Notes: generated by a model not told the origin, from the letters alone. A stretch of DNA of 64,000 bases from Limnochordia bacterium (GCA_050951545.1 JBMNJG010000007.1:512001-576000), one strand, 5' to 3'. Positions 20,076-29,643 are shown, counted from the stretch's first letter. Made by a program: numbers and translations.

Positions 20076-21108
20076 GCGGTTCGTGGCACCCACGATGCGA
20101 GATGCAGCGACTCAGGTGCATCGGGAGTTCGGACCCGATGCTCTTATCATGCGGACGGGGCGAGTGCGCCAGCCTGGTCTTTTGGGGCTGTTTCGCCCCA
20201 GATGGATTGCAGTGACCGCGGGTCTGGATGAGCGGGTCGAACGCAAAGTCCCGGAGCGGTCTGCGTCATGTGAAGCCGCCCCAGCGGCTACTAGGTCCGA
20301 GTCGCCAGTATCACAGGGGAAGCTGAACGCCTTAGCCGTTGCCCATTTGGTGAAGCGTCTGCGCCAGCAGGAGGTAGCGGAGGAGTACTTAGGTGAGCTC
20401 AGTGAGCAACTGGAAGCTCGTGTAGGAATGGGCGGTGAGGCACCGCAGAGGCATCTGCTAGGGCTATTGGCAGAGCAGATAAAGGTCGCTCGTCCATGGG
20501 CAGTAGGCTCTGAGAGACCGCTGGTGGTGCCTCTGGTGGGGCCCACTGGCGTCGGCAAGACCACGACTGTGGCTAAGCTCGCCGCTACCTATGCGCTAAG
20601 GTGTGGTTGTCGTGTGGGGTTGGTCACTGCGGACACCTATCGCGTAGCGGCTGTGGAGCAGTTGCGCACCTACGCTGATATCCTCAGCATTCCTTTGGAG
20701 GTTGTCTACTCTCCCGGCGATGTGGCTCCGGCCTTGCAACGGCTTCAGGAGCGTGAACTGGTCTTGGTGGATACAGCTGGCCGCAGTCCTCACAACCAAA
20801 GCCAGATGGAGGAGCTGCGGGCCCTCTTGGCAGAGATGGGGTCATCGCGAGTGCACCTGGTGATCAGTGCCACTACACGCCATGCCGATATGGTGGAGAT
20901 TGTCGATCGCTTCGTCTCCCATGCAGCCATAGAAGGGCTCGTCGTCACCAAGCTGGATGAGACGAACTCCTACGGCATTATCTACAACGTGATCCGCCGT
21001 ACGGGCCAATCGATTGCCTATATCACTAACGGGCAAGGGGTGCCAGAGGATATGGCGGCGGCAGATGCCCTGCAGTTGGCGCGGCTCATCGTGGGGGTGG
21101 AGACGTGA
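20065..21108 (+). CDS. flhF: SRP-family GTPase FlhF
   Basis: GPTGVGKTTT, DTYR, DTAGR, TKLDE, GQGVPED. Confidence 0.96.
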   Translation: MRIKRFVAPTMRDAATQVHREFGPDALIMRTGRVRQPGLLGLFRPRWIAVTAGLDERVERKVPERSASCEAAPAATRSESPVSQGKLNALAVAHLVKRLRQQEVAEEYLGELSEQLEARVGMGGEAPQRHLLGLLAEQIKVARPWAVGSERPLVVPLVGPTGVGKTTTVAKLAATYALRCGCRVGLVTADTYRVAAVEQLRTYADILSIPLEVVYSPGDVAPALQRLQERELVLVDTAGRSPHNQSQMEELRALLAEMGSSRVHLVISATTRHADMVEIVDRFVSHAAIEGLVVTKLDETNSYGIIYNVIRRTGQSIAYITNGQGVPEDMAAADALQLARLIVGVET

Positions 21109-21965
21109 ACGGTCAGGCAGAGGGGTTGCGGCGTCTCGTGCAGCAGGCTAGCCCCAAAAGAGCGAGGTGCGCCCGAGTGATTGCTATTACCAGTGGTAAG
21201 GGTGGGGTCGGGAAGAGTAACCTGGCCGCCAATATGGGAGCCTATTTGGCCAGCTCGGGGCAGCGCACTGCTGTTCTCGATGCCGATCTGGGCTTGGCCA
21301 ACGTCAATATTCTCCTTGGTGTGAACCCTATGTATGATATCGGGCATGTCATCTCTGGCCAGAAGCGGTTACTCGAGATAGGGGTACCGGGGCCAGCGGG
21401 GCTACAGCTTTTCCCCGGTGGTTCGGGGCTATATGAGGTGGCCAATCTATCTCCGTGGCGCTTGGAGACGTTTCTGTGCTCTCTTGCCGAGGTAGAAGAG
21501 GTTTACGACCTGCTCTTGGTGGACACGGGTGCGGGTTTGAGTGAGGCGGTCATCAAGCTGGTCTTGAGTGCAGCAGAGGTATTGCTGGTGACCACACCTG
21601 AGCCCCCGGCTCTGGCAGACGCCTATGGTATGGTGAAGATCATTGCCCAGCGCAGCCCTGGTGCGCGGGTCCATGTGGTGGTCAACATGGTCCGCCAGAT
21701 TGGCGAAGGGCAGATGGTCTTTCAGCACTTGTGGCAGGGGGCTCAACGCTTCTTGGGCTTCGAACTGAATCTGCTGGGCGAAGTGCCCTATGACCCTGCA
21801 GTCAACCGAGCGGTGCAAGAGCAGACCCCGTTTGTGCTGGCCTATCCGCGCTCACCTGCGGGCCGGGCTGTGGCGGAAGTGGCTAGTGAGCTGATCGGGA
21901 CACGGACGCCTACCGCTGGTGGGTTACGCGGTCTTATCAGACGCATGTGGCGAGCGCGTGGATGA
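21105..21965 (+). CDS. flhG: MinD-like ATPase FlhG/FleN
   Basis: QAEGLR N-terminus, SGKGGVGKS, DADLGLAN, VTTPEP. Confidence 0.94.
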   Translation: MNGQAEGLRRLVQQASPKRARCARVIAITSGKGGVGKSNLAANMGAYLASSGQRTAVLDADLGLANVNILLGVNPMYDIGHVISGQKRLLEIGVPGPAGLQLFPGGSGLYEVANLSPWRLETFLCSLAEVEEVYDLLLVDTGAGLSEAVIKLVLSAAEVLLVTTPEPPALADAYGMVKIIAQRSPGARVHVVVNMVRQIGEGQMVFQHLWQGAQRFLGFELNLLGEVPYDPAVNRAVQEQTPFVLAYPRSPAGRAVAEVASELIGTRTPTAGGLRGLIRRMWRARG

Positions 21966-21980
21966 GAAGGACGAAGCAAA

Positions 21981-22775
21981 ATGTCTATTTGGAGAGAGCA
22001 CATGCCCCACGCAGTTTGTAACCTCGATGTGCATTGGCAGGCCTACAGGCGCACAGGTGATCATGCCTCTCGTGAGGCCCTTTTGGAGGCTTATGTGCCC
22101 TTGGTGAAGCAGGTAGCCGGGCAGTTGCACGTCAGGTTGCCCGCTACACTTGAACTGGGCGATCTCATCGGCTACGGCACCATGGGGCTAATTGATGCCC
22201 TGCACAAGTTCGAGCCCGGGCTGGGGGTGAAGTTCGAGACCTACGCCAGGACGCGCATTCGCGGGGCGGTTCTGGACGGTCTGCGGGTGCACGATTGGGC
22301 TCCGCGTAGCTTGCGGCAAAAGGGTCGCCAAGTTCAGCAGACCATGGCTGAACTGGAGAGCAGGCTGTGCCGCAGCGCCACGGATGCGGAGATCGCCGCC
22401 GCACTAGGTATCTCGGTTACAGAGTTTGAGGTGCTACTCACACAGCTCAATGGGCTGGCACTTGTGTCATTGGAGCAACCTCTCGATGCAGGTGCCGAGG
22501 GAGTCGGCGGCTCGCTTGCCGAGGTGCTGCCTCAGTCTACAGCCGAAGACCCGCATTCGCGCGTCGAACGGGAAGAGCGCATCGAAGCGTTGGCCGAGGC
22601 TATCGATGCGCTCCCTGAGCGAGAGAGACTGGTCATCGCTCTGTACTACTATGAGGAGCTGACCCTCAAGGAAATTGGTGCGGTGATGGGAGTAAGTGAG
22701 TCGCGTGTGTGCCAGCTACACACCCGAGCTTTGCTGCGCTTACGGGCGCGTCTGGAGCCTCAGTGTGAGGGGTAA
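21981..22775 (+). CDS. fliA: Flagellar sigma factor FliA/SigD
   Basis: KFETYARTRIRGAVLDGLR..DWAPRS; LYYYEELTLKEIG..GVSESRVCQ. Confidence 0.96.
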   Translation: MSIWREHMPHAVCNLDVHWQAYRRTGDHASREALLEAYVPLVKQVAGQLHVRLPATLELGDLIGYGTMGLIDALHKFEPGLGVKFETYARTRIRGAVLDGLRVHDWAPRSLRQKGRQVQQTMAELESRLCRSATDAEIAAALGISVTEFEVLLTQLNGLALVSLEQPLDAGAEGVGGSLAEVLPQSTAEDPHSRVEREERIEALAEAIDALPERERLVIALYYYEELTLKEIGAVMGVSESRVCQLHTRALLRLRARLEPQCEG

Positions 22776-22777
22776 GC

Positions 22778-23119
22778 ATGCCCACACAACAGAACTCGAT
22801 CTTCGAAGGGGAGTGTTGGGTGTTTGCTCTGGTGCAATGCCTCATGCTTGGGGTCATCATTTGGCAACTACGCGAGATTCGGCGGCTGCTGCGGGCCCGT
22901 GTAGATAACCAGCCGGTGCAGTCGGAGCTTTCGTTTCAAGATATGCTTGATGAGCAGCTGGCCGAGGATGCGGACGAGGGCTGGGGGCAACTGCGGCGTC
23001 AGGCCCTGGACCTGCAGAGAGAGGGGATGTCTCTGGTGGACATCGCTCGTACGTTGGGTCTGGGTCGAGGCGAGGTGCAGCTGCTGCTACTTCCAGAAGA
23101 TAACGGGCGGAAAGCCTAA
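22778..23119 (+). CDS. Small membrane protein with C-terminal HTH-like motif (SwrB-like position)
   Basis: N-terminal TM; GMSLVDIARTLGLGRGEVQLLL; directly after fliA. Confidence 0.7.
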   Translation: MPTQQNSIFEGECWVFALVQCLMLGVIIWQLREIRRLLRARVDNQPVQSELSFQDMLDEQLAEDADEGWGQLRRQALDLQREGMSLVDIARTLGLGRGEVQLLLLPEDNGRKA

Positions 23120-23144
23120 AGAGTATCTCTCAGATGGTCGATAT
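23117..23144 (+). promoter_or_regulatory. Sigma28 promoter for flgM
   Basis: TAAA-N16-GTCGATAT versus consensus TAAA-N15/16-GCCGATAW. Confidence 0.8.
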
Positions 23145-23193
23145 AAGAGATAGGCGCGCGGCGTGAGTCCGTTGCACAAGTGAGGTGCCGCAC

Positions 23194-23496
23194 ATGGTAA
23201 AGGCGCGTAACATCAACCGAGTACGACAACTGGAGCAACCGCAGACAGAAGGGCTGGCTGCACAGCGGCGCAGCAGGGCCTCCGAGGGCCGTGCCAAGCC
23301 GGAAAGAAAGGATCAGGTGGTCTTGTCTGACCACGCGCAGGCCTTGCTGCGGTTGCAGGAGACAGCGGCGCGCACGCCCGATGTGCGTACCGAGAAGGTT
23401 CAGGCTTTGCGGGAGGCTATCGCTCGCGGGGACTATGAGGTACCGGCGAGAGCTATCGCCGAGAAGATGCTGGACAGCGAGGGAGCTGGTTCATGA
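23194..23496 (+). CDS. flgM: Anti-sigma28 factor FlgM
   Basis: DQVVLS, VRTEKVQALREAIARGDYEV..IAEKM; RBS GAGGTG. Confidence 0.93.
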   Translation: MVKARNINRVRQLEQPQTEGLAAQRRSRASEGRAKPERKDQVVLSDHAQALLRLQETAARTPDVRTEKVQALREAIARGDYEVPARAIAEKMLDSEGAGS

Positions 23497-23876
23497 ACCC
23501 TGGGCTCTGTGAGGTGCGAGCCTGCTTACAGCAGCTGATGGAGCTGGAGCAGCGCAAACAGGAAGTGATCCTGGCCCAGGGCCACGCCCAGCTGCAGGCC
23601 ATCGCAGAGGCAGAGAGCAGCGTGTTGACTCAGCTGCATCAGGCGGTTGACGCCCTGGGCCATCCACCATCAGAGGCGGTCCTTCCCCTTGAGAGTGCCG
23701 TTGCCGAGGTACGGCGCCTGAGCGCGATCAATGGGGCTTTGTTGCAGGAGCAGTTGGCGGGGGTGGGGGTCTGCCTGGAGCTTTTGGCCCAGATGTCATC
23801 TCCCACGTATGCTCTCGGCGAGGGGCGCTGTAAGGCGGCGCAGCTCACCCCTACCGTCTTTGACGTGCGGGCGTGA
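23493..23876 (+). CDS. flgN: Chaperone FlgN
   Basis: Helical; NGALLQEQL, PTY, ends FDVRA; between flgM and flgK. Confidence 0.8.
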   Translation: MNPGLCEVRACLQQLMELEQRKQEVILAQGHAQLQAIAEAESSVLTQLHQAVDALGHPPSEAVLPLESAVAEVRRLSAINGALLQEQLAGVGVCLELLAQMSSPTYALGEGRCKAAQLTPTVFDVRA

Positions 23877-23914
23877 TGCGCAGAAAGCCGTAGCCGATTC
23901 GAAAGGATGCGTAG

Positions 23915-25288
23915 ATGAGTAGCTTTGTGGGTTTGGAGATCGCTCGGCGGGGCTTGGCGGCCCAGCTGAAGAGCATGGAGGTGGCCGGGCAGAATATCGC
24001 CAATGCCAACTCCCCCGGGTACTCGAGACAGGTGGCTGTGCAGGCGACGGTTGTCGCTGGCCAGGCCAGCTCGGTTCGCTACGGCGGCCAAGACGCGGGG
24101 ATGTCAGGTGTAGAGATCGTGGAGATGCATCGTCACTACGACGCTTTCCTGACGGCGAGGGCGCGTGAGCTTACCGCCCAGCGGCAAGAGGTCTCTACGA
24201 GGCATGATGTACTGGCCAGGCTCGAGGAGTTGCTGCATGAGCCAGGTGAGGCAACTATCGGCACGGCCCTGGAAAACCTATGGGCCTCGTTTGGTCAACT
24301 GGCTACCAACCCGCGCAGTGAGGCGGCACGCAGTACTGTGCTGTACCAGGCGAGTACGCTCACGCGAGCCTTTTGTGAAGTGACCCATGATGTGCACTCG
24401 CTGCAGATGGAGATGGCCGAGCGTGCCCGCTCCGCTGTCGAAAATGTGAATGCGCTTACAGCTAGCCTGGCCGAAGTCAATAGCCGCATTGTGGCTAGTT
24501 CTGCGGCAGTGGGGGCGAGTGCTCCTAATGCGCTCTTGGATGCACGCGATACCCTGTTGGAGGAGTTAGCGGGTCTCGTAGATATCCGGGTGATAGAGCA
24601 GGCCCATGGCGAGGTGCGGGTGTTGGTGGCGGGGCGCTCCTTAGTGGAGGGCATCGGGCAGGCTGAGATGGAGATGACCTCTGTCGCTGGTCAGCTGGAG
24701 CTGTCGCTGGCTGGGGTGGCTGTAGCCGAAGTGGGTGGCTCACTGGGAGGTGCTCTACTTTCTCATAACACAGACATCCCGAAGTATGTGGCGCTCTTAG
24801 GCGAGCTGGCCCGTGATGTGATTACCCAAGTCAACACAGTGCACGCTCAGGGCTATGACATGGATGGGCACCCGGCCGTAGACTTCTTCACCGGGAGCTG
24901 CGCTAGCAGTATGGCGGTGGCCGTCGACGGTCGCCAGATGGCCGTATCGGCCGCAGCAGATGGCAGCGATGGGGTGGTGGCCCAGAGGCTGGCAGATCTG
25001 CGTCACTCGCCAGCGAGCGCCGAGCTGGCTCCGGGAGCTAGGTACGTGGGGCTGATCTCGGAGCTGGGAGCCGAGGCCGCCTCTCTGGGCGTTCGGCGTG
25101 AGAATACCCAGGTGCTGACGCAGTTTGCGCAGATGCGGCGGGATTCTCTCTCGGGAGTTTCGCTGGATGAGGAGCTGGCGGATGTCATGCGCTTTCAGCA
25201 GGCCTATGCTGCTGCAGCTCGAATGCTCACCGCCATTGATGAAGCGCTCGATGTGTTGATCAACCGGACAGGTCTCGTGGGCAGGTAG
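23915..25288 (+). CDS. flgK: Hook-associated protein FlgK
   Basis: GQNIANANSPGYSRQ; SGVSLDEELADVMRFQQAY. Confidence 0.96.
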   Translation: MSSFVGLEIARRGLAAQLKSMEVAGQNIANANSPGYSRQVAVQATVVAGQASSVRYGGQDAGMSGVEIVEMHRHYDAFLTARARELTAQRQEVSTRHDVLARLEELLHEPGEATIGTALENLWASFGQLATNPRSEAARSTVLYQASTLTRAFCEVTHDVHSLQMEMAERARSAVENVNALTASLAEVNSRIVASSAAVGASAPNALLDARDTLLEELAGLVDIRVIEQAHGEVRVLVAGRSLVEGIGQAEMEMTSVAGQLELSLAGVAVAEVGGSLGGALLSHNTDIPKYVALLGELARDVITQVNTVHAQGYDMDGHPAVDFFTGSCASSMAVAVDGRQMAVSAAADGSDGVVAQRLADLRHSPASAELAPGARYVGLISELGAEAASLGVRRENTQVLTQFAQMRRDSLSGVSLDEELADVMRFQQAYAAAARMLTAIDEALDVLINRTGLVGR

Positions 25289-25294
25289 AGGAGG

Positions 25295-26104
25295 TTGGGG
25301 GCTTTGCGGATTACTCATGCACAGACCGCACAAAGCGTGAAAGAGCAGTTGGCTCAGGGGGCGGGACGGATGCAGCAGGCCTGGCGCCACGTCTCTTCGG
25401 GTAGGCGGGTGGAAAGACCCTCCGATGATCCGGCTGCGACAGCCCGCATTCTCAGCTATCGCTCATTACTCAGTGGGGTCGAGCAGCGGCGCTTCCAGGT
25501 AGAGGCGGGGCACTCTTTGCTGACCACGGTGGACACCGTACTAGGCAGCGCCGACTTGCTGCTGATGGAGGCGCAAGATCTGGCGCTCAATGCGGGATCG
25601 CCCGGGGTTTCTGAGGACGACAGGCGCTCCATGGCAGAGAAGGTGCAGGGACTCATTGAGCAGCTGGAAGACATCGCTGAGACGAAATACGACAACCGAG
25701 CCCTCTTTGCCGCCGGAGCGGCCAACACTTCGGCTGTAGATCTCGCAGGCTTGGATCTTTCCGCCCAGAACGTCTTCGCTACTCCCCTGGCGGCATTGCA
25801 GGATCTATATGACGAACTCTCCGCTGGCGATCGAGTCAGTGATGTGACGCTTGCTGCGTTGAAGGGTGGCCTGGATGCGCTGGTGAGCTACCGGACGCAG
25901 GTGGGAGTCCGCGTCAACCGCTTGGAGAGTCTGACCAGTCGTCTGCTGACGATGGAGCATGACCTGGTTGATCGCAAGAGCGGGGACGAGGAAGTGGATC
26001 TCGGTCAGGCCATGATCGACCTCAAGGAAGAAGAGACGGCCTACCAGGCGGCCCTAGCGGCTAGTGCGCGTCTCATGCGGATAAGCCTTGTCGATTTTCT
26101 CTGA
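25295..26104 (+). CDS. flgL: Hook-associated protein FlgL
   Basis: SSGRRVERPSDDP; AYQAAL...SLVDFL. Confidence 0.92.
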   Translation: MGALRITHAQTAQSVKEQLAQGAGRMQQAWRHVSSGRRVERPSDDPAATARILSYRSLLSGVEQRRFQVEAGHSLLTTVDTVLGSADLLLMEAQDLALNAGSPGVSEDDRRSMAEKVQGLIEQLEDIAETKYDNRALFAAGAANTSAVDLAGLDLSAQNVFATPLAALQDLYDELSAGDRVSDVTLAALKGGLDALVSYRTQVGVRVNRLESLTSRLLTMEHDLVDRKSGDEEVDLGQAMIDLKEEETAYQAALAASARLMRISLVDFL

Positions 26105-26244
26105 AATTCGGTGCCTGAGGCAGGAATCGGTGGTCACTGCTGACGAATAGGGTTCATGACTTGCGACACATGAAGAAAGGCATTCATGACGGCATGTGGG
26201 TCGTCACGGACGAGGCAGAAGAGGGGCCCGAAAGGTGGTGACGT

Positions 26245-27003
26245 ATGGTACGTGGACTTTACACCAGTGCTCTGGGCATGCTGGGCAGCATGGAAAGGGT
26301 AGATATCTTAAGTCACAACCTGGCGAATGTGAATACTCCAGCCTTCAAGAAAGTGGGAAGTACCTCACGGAGCTTTTCGGAGATAATTGCCCGCTGTGAG
26401 AGGCGACCACACGATGGGCGTACTGTCTCGACCCTGATTGGAAACGTAGGAGTGGGCATCCAGGTGGATAGCACCTACTTTCTGCTGAACGAGGGTCCAC
26501 TGCGCGAGACGGGGAGCCAGCTGCAGGCCGCTATTCGTGGATCGGGCTTCTTTGTCGTAGAGACTCCAGATGGGCTAGGCTACACGCGCGATGGCCGTTT
26601 TCTCGTTGACAGCGAGGGTTGGCTGGTCACGTTGGACGGTCATCGGGTCTTGGGTGAGAATGGGCCGCTGGCGGTTTCCACTGACGATGCCATGATCACG
26701 GATGCGGGTGAGCTGTTGTGTGACGGTCAACCTGTGGGGCGTCTGCGTTGTGTGGATTTCGCTCATCCGGAAGGGCTCGTTTTGCAGGGCGGTAGTCTTT
26801 ACCGTGCTGGGACTGCCAGTGGTCCGCCCCTGATGCGGGAGTGTCATCTGGCGGTCGGCTTTCTGGAAGAGTCCAACGTCAACGTGGTTTCGGAGATGGT
26901 CGAGCTGATCTCAGCCACGCGGTTGTATGAGGCGAATCAGAGGGTGATCTTGGCCTATGATGATTGTCTGGGAAAGGCGGTGGGTGAAGTAGGCAAGGTG
27001 TAG
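26245..27003 (+). CDS. flgF: Rod protein FlgF (FlhO-like)
   Basis: MVRGLYTSALGM..NLANVNTP; YTRDGRF; GFLEESNVN. Confidence 0.9.
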   Translation: MVRGLYTSALGMLGSMERVDILSHNLANVNTPAFKKVGSTSRSFSEIIARCERRPHDGRTVSTLIGNVGVGIQVDSTYFLLNEGPLRETGSQLQAAIRGSGFFVVETPDGLGYTRDGRFLVDSEGWLVTLDGHRVLGENGPLAVSTDDAMITDAGELLCDGQPVGRLRCVDFAHPEGLVLQGGSLYRAGTASGPPLMRECHLAVGFLEESNVNVVSEMVELISATRLYEANQRVILAYDDCLGKAVGEVGKV

Positions 27004-27041
27004 GTAGCACACGAGCAGTGCGCGGCCGGGGCAAAATGAGA

Positions 27042-27095
27042 GGGCTGGACCGCATATGCGGAAGCCTATGGGTCACCGAACGAATGAGGTGACCC
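27042..27095 (+). promoter_or_regulatory. Two-hairpin structured leader motif upstream of flgG (copy 2)
   Basis: GGGCT-GGA-CCGC-ATAT-GCGG-A-AGCCT then GGGTCAC-CGAACGAATGAG-GTGACCC. Confidence 0.75.
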
Positions 27096-27150
27096 CGGTG
27101 AAGATGCCTCTGAGCTGCGCAACTACAGCGTCTAGGGAGGCGTATCACCG

Positions 27151-27939
27151 ATGATGCGTTCACTGTGGATCGCCGCTTCGGGCATGTCGGGGCAGCAGTT
27201 TAACATCGATACCATCGCCAATAACCTCGCGAACGTAAATACCTCCGGATACAAGAAAAGCCGTGTCGATTTCCAGGATCTGCTCTACCAGACGATCCGC
27301 GTGGCTGGAACGCCAGCGACCACAGGTGCCCAGGTCCCCACGGGCATCCACATTGGCCACGGCGTACGTCAAGTAGCTACACAGAAGATCTTCACTCAAG
27401 GGGCCTTCAAACAGACTGACAATCCCTTAGATCTCGTCATTGAGGGTGACGGTTTCCTCCAGGTTCTCCTGCCCGACGGCTCAGTGGCCTACACCCGCGA
27501 CGGTGCCCTCAAGAAAGATAGCCAAGGCCGTCTGGTGACCTCTGATGGTTTTCCTCTAGAACCCGAGATCGTGATTCCTGACGGGGCAGCCAGCATTTCG
27601 GTCGCTGCCGACGGTTCCGTTACTGCCAGCATTAGTGGTCAGGATCGGCCGGAGGACATCGGTCAGATCGAGCTGGCTCGTTTTGTGAATCCGGCTGGTC
27701 TGCGCAGTTGGGGGCGTAATCTCTATCTGCCCTCTGCGGGATCAGGCGAGGCCATTGTGGGCACCCCGGGGTTGGAGGGGTTGGGCTCGATCGCGCAGGG
27801 CTTTGTGGAAATGTCGAATGTGCAGGTAGTTGAAGAGATGGTCAACATGATTATGAGTCAGAGGGCCTACGAATCGAACTCGAAAGCCATTCAGGCCTCG
27901 GATGACATGCTGCAGACCGCCAACAACCTGCGGCGGTAG
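27151..27939 (+). CDS. flgG: Distal rod protein FlgG
   Basis: MMRSLWIAASGM, FQDLLYQT, QRAYESNSKAIQASDDML. Confidence 0.97.
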   Translation: MMRSLWIAASGMSGQQFNIDTIANNLANVNTSGYKKSRVDFQDLLYQTIRVAGTPATTGAQVPTGIHIGHGVRQVATQKIFTQGAFKQTDNPLDLVIEGDGFLQVLLPDGSVAYTRDGALKKDSQGRLVTSDGFPLEPEIVIPDGAASISVAADGSVTASISGQDRPEDIGQIELARFVNPAGLRSWGRNLYLPSAGSGEAIVGTPGLEGLGSIAQGFVEMSNVQVVEEMVNMIMSQRAYESNSKAIQASDDMLQTANNLRR

Positions 27940-27964
27940 CTAGCAGGGATAGAGACTTAGGGCT

Positions 27965-28975
27965 ATGGTAGGCCAGCGCAGCACGTGTGTGGGGTTCAGG
28001 CTTCTCGTGTGGGTACTGGCTGTGTGGGTAGGGCAGTGCCTCTGTGTGGGTGCAGCCGCGGCTTCGGCGGTGGCCCGGCTGCGCTCACCAGCGACGGTGG
28101 CTGGGCCAGACATTCTCTTGGGTGAGATTGCGGATATCGATAGTAGTGATGAGTTGCTGCGGGAGCGCTTGAAGAGTCTGGTTGTCGGCAAGGCAGCGTT
28201 GCCTGGAGCCGAGCGACAGCTCTTTGTGGGTTCGGTGCGGGTCCGTTTGCGTCAGGCAGGCATCCCTGAGACGTTAGTGCTTTTGCAGGCCGACGGCGAT
28301 GCGCTGCGGGTACAGACCGTTGCGACGCTGGTACCCGCTTCCGAGCTCGAGGCGGTCGCTGAGGCTGCCGTGGCGCGTTGGTTGGAGAGTTGTTACGGAG
28401 CCATTCCAGCGAGCATTCGCTGTTCGGCGGCCAGCGCGCTGGTTGCTGTGTCAGGTAGTGGCTATGCACTTCGCCCAGCCAGCGAAGTCGTCAGGAAGCC
28501 GGGAAGTGATCAGCTCAGCGTGCCTATCGCCATCTGGAGTGACCGACGCCTCGTGCAGCAGCTGACGGTCACTTGCAGTGTGACTGCCTATGCCGAGGTG
28601 GCGGTGGCGGCCACGAGGTTGGAGCGGCGCAGTGAGCTGCGCATGGACGATATCCGTTGGGAGGCGCGAAGCATCCTGAGTCTGCCAAGCGGGGCACTTG
28701 TCCGTGGCTCGTGGTCGGAGGCGACCGGATGGCGACTGACTCGCTTTGTGGATGCGGGCAGTGTATTCACCACCGATATGCTGGAGCGCCAGCCAGATGC
28801 CTACGCAGGTGCCGAGGTGCAGCTGGTCACAGCGCGAGGAGCGGTGCGGGTGAGCGATCTAGGCACGCTGACCGCAGATGGCTACGTGGGGGCTACGGTT
28901 GGTGCCACTAACGCGCGTACGGGCCAGCTGGTCCGTGGCCTTCTGGTCACGCCCACGATGGTCAGTGTCGAATAG
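27965..28975 (+). CDS. flgA: P-ring formation chaperone FlgA (extended N-terminus)
   Basis: Signal peptide; ILLGEIADI; C-terminal SAF-like region ending DGYVG..VGATNARTG; between flgG and flgH. Confidence 0.85.
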   Translation: MVGQRSTCVGFRLLVWVLAVWVGQCLCVGAAAASAVARLRSPATVAGPDILLGEIADIDSSDELLRERLKSLVVGKAALPGAERQLFVGSVRVRLRQAGIPETLVLLQADGDALRVQTVATLVPASELEAVAEAAVARWLESCYGAIPASIRCSAASALVAVSGSGYALRPASEVVRKPGSDQLSVPIAIWSDRRLVQQLTVTCSVTAYAEVAVAATRLERRSELRMDDIRWEARSILSLPSGALVRGSWSEATGWRLTRFVDAGSVFTTDMLERQPDAYAGAEVQLVTARGAVRVSDLGTLTADGYVGATVGATNARTGQLVRGLLVTPTMVSVE

Positions 28976-28989
28976 GGAGGTGATGGGCA

Positions 28990-29628
28990 GTGGGCAACCT
29001 GACAGCCGGTGGGTGGAGGAGGCGGCCAGGCCGACAGAGGCTCTGTGTGGACTGGCGGTGCCTGCTCTTGTTGGTGTTCATGCTTACATTGCCGGCCTCT
29101 GCCTCGTCTTTGTGGGTGGAAGGGACACGTTCCCTTTTTACCACGCCACAGCGGGCTTGGCAGGTCGGTGACCTGATCACGGTGATCATTGTCGAGCAGG
29201 CTCAGGCCACGCAGACTTCCAGTACTGAGACTGCGAAAAAGAGCGGCTTGGGGGTGGGCCTGGAGCTGCCAGCAGGTGCCTTAGAGGCACTGGGCAGCGT
29301 GAATGCGGATATTGAAGGCGGTGATCGCCTGCGTTCCACGGGGAAGACGGTGCGTGGCGGCACGCTGAGGGCCAGCCTGACAGCCGAAGTGAAGGAGGTA
29401 GACGGCTCGGGTAATCTGCACATCGAGGGGCGACAGACCATTGTGGTCAACGGGGAGACCCAGGAGATTGTGCTGTCTGGAGTCGTGCGTTCCCAGGATG
29501 TGTACTCCGATAACAGTGTGCTGTCCACCAGCATCGCCAATGCCGAGATTGCCTATAAGGGTGCTGGTACGTTGGGGTCCAAGCAGCAACAGGGGATTAT
29601 CACTAGGTTTTTTCACTGGCTCTTCTAG
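28990..29628 (+). CDS. flgH: L-ring protein FlgH
   Basis: AWQVGDLITVIIVE, GNLHIEG, SGVVRSQDV..NSVLSTSIANA. Confidence 0.93.
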   Translation: MGNLTAGGWRRRPGRQRLCVDWRCLLLLVFMLTLPASASSLWVEGTRSLFTTPQRAWQVGDLITVIIVEQAQATQTSSTETAKKSGLGVGLELPAGALEALGSVNADIEGGDRLRSTGKTVRGGTLRASLTAEVKEVDGSGNLHIEGRQTIVVNGETQEIVLSGVVRSQDVYSDNSVLSTSIANAEIAYKGAGTLGSKQQQGIITRFFHWLF

Positions 29629-29643
29629 AGCAGCGGAAGGGGC

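Noticed and set aside
26120-26148. SigH-like promoter AGGA...GAAT before flgF
   Set aside because: 19-nt spacer is longer than typical; nearby TTCATGAC repeats are too short to call.
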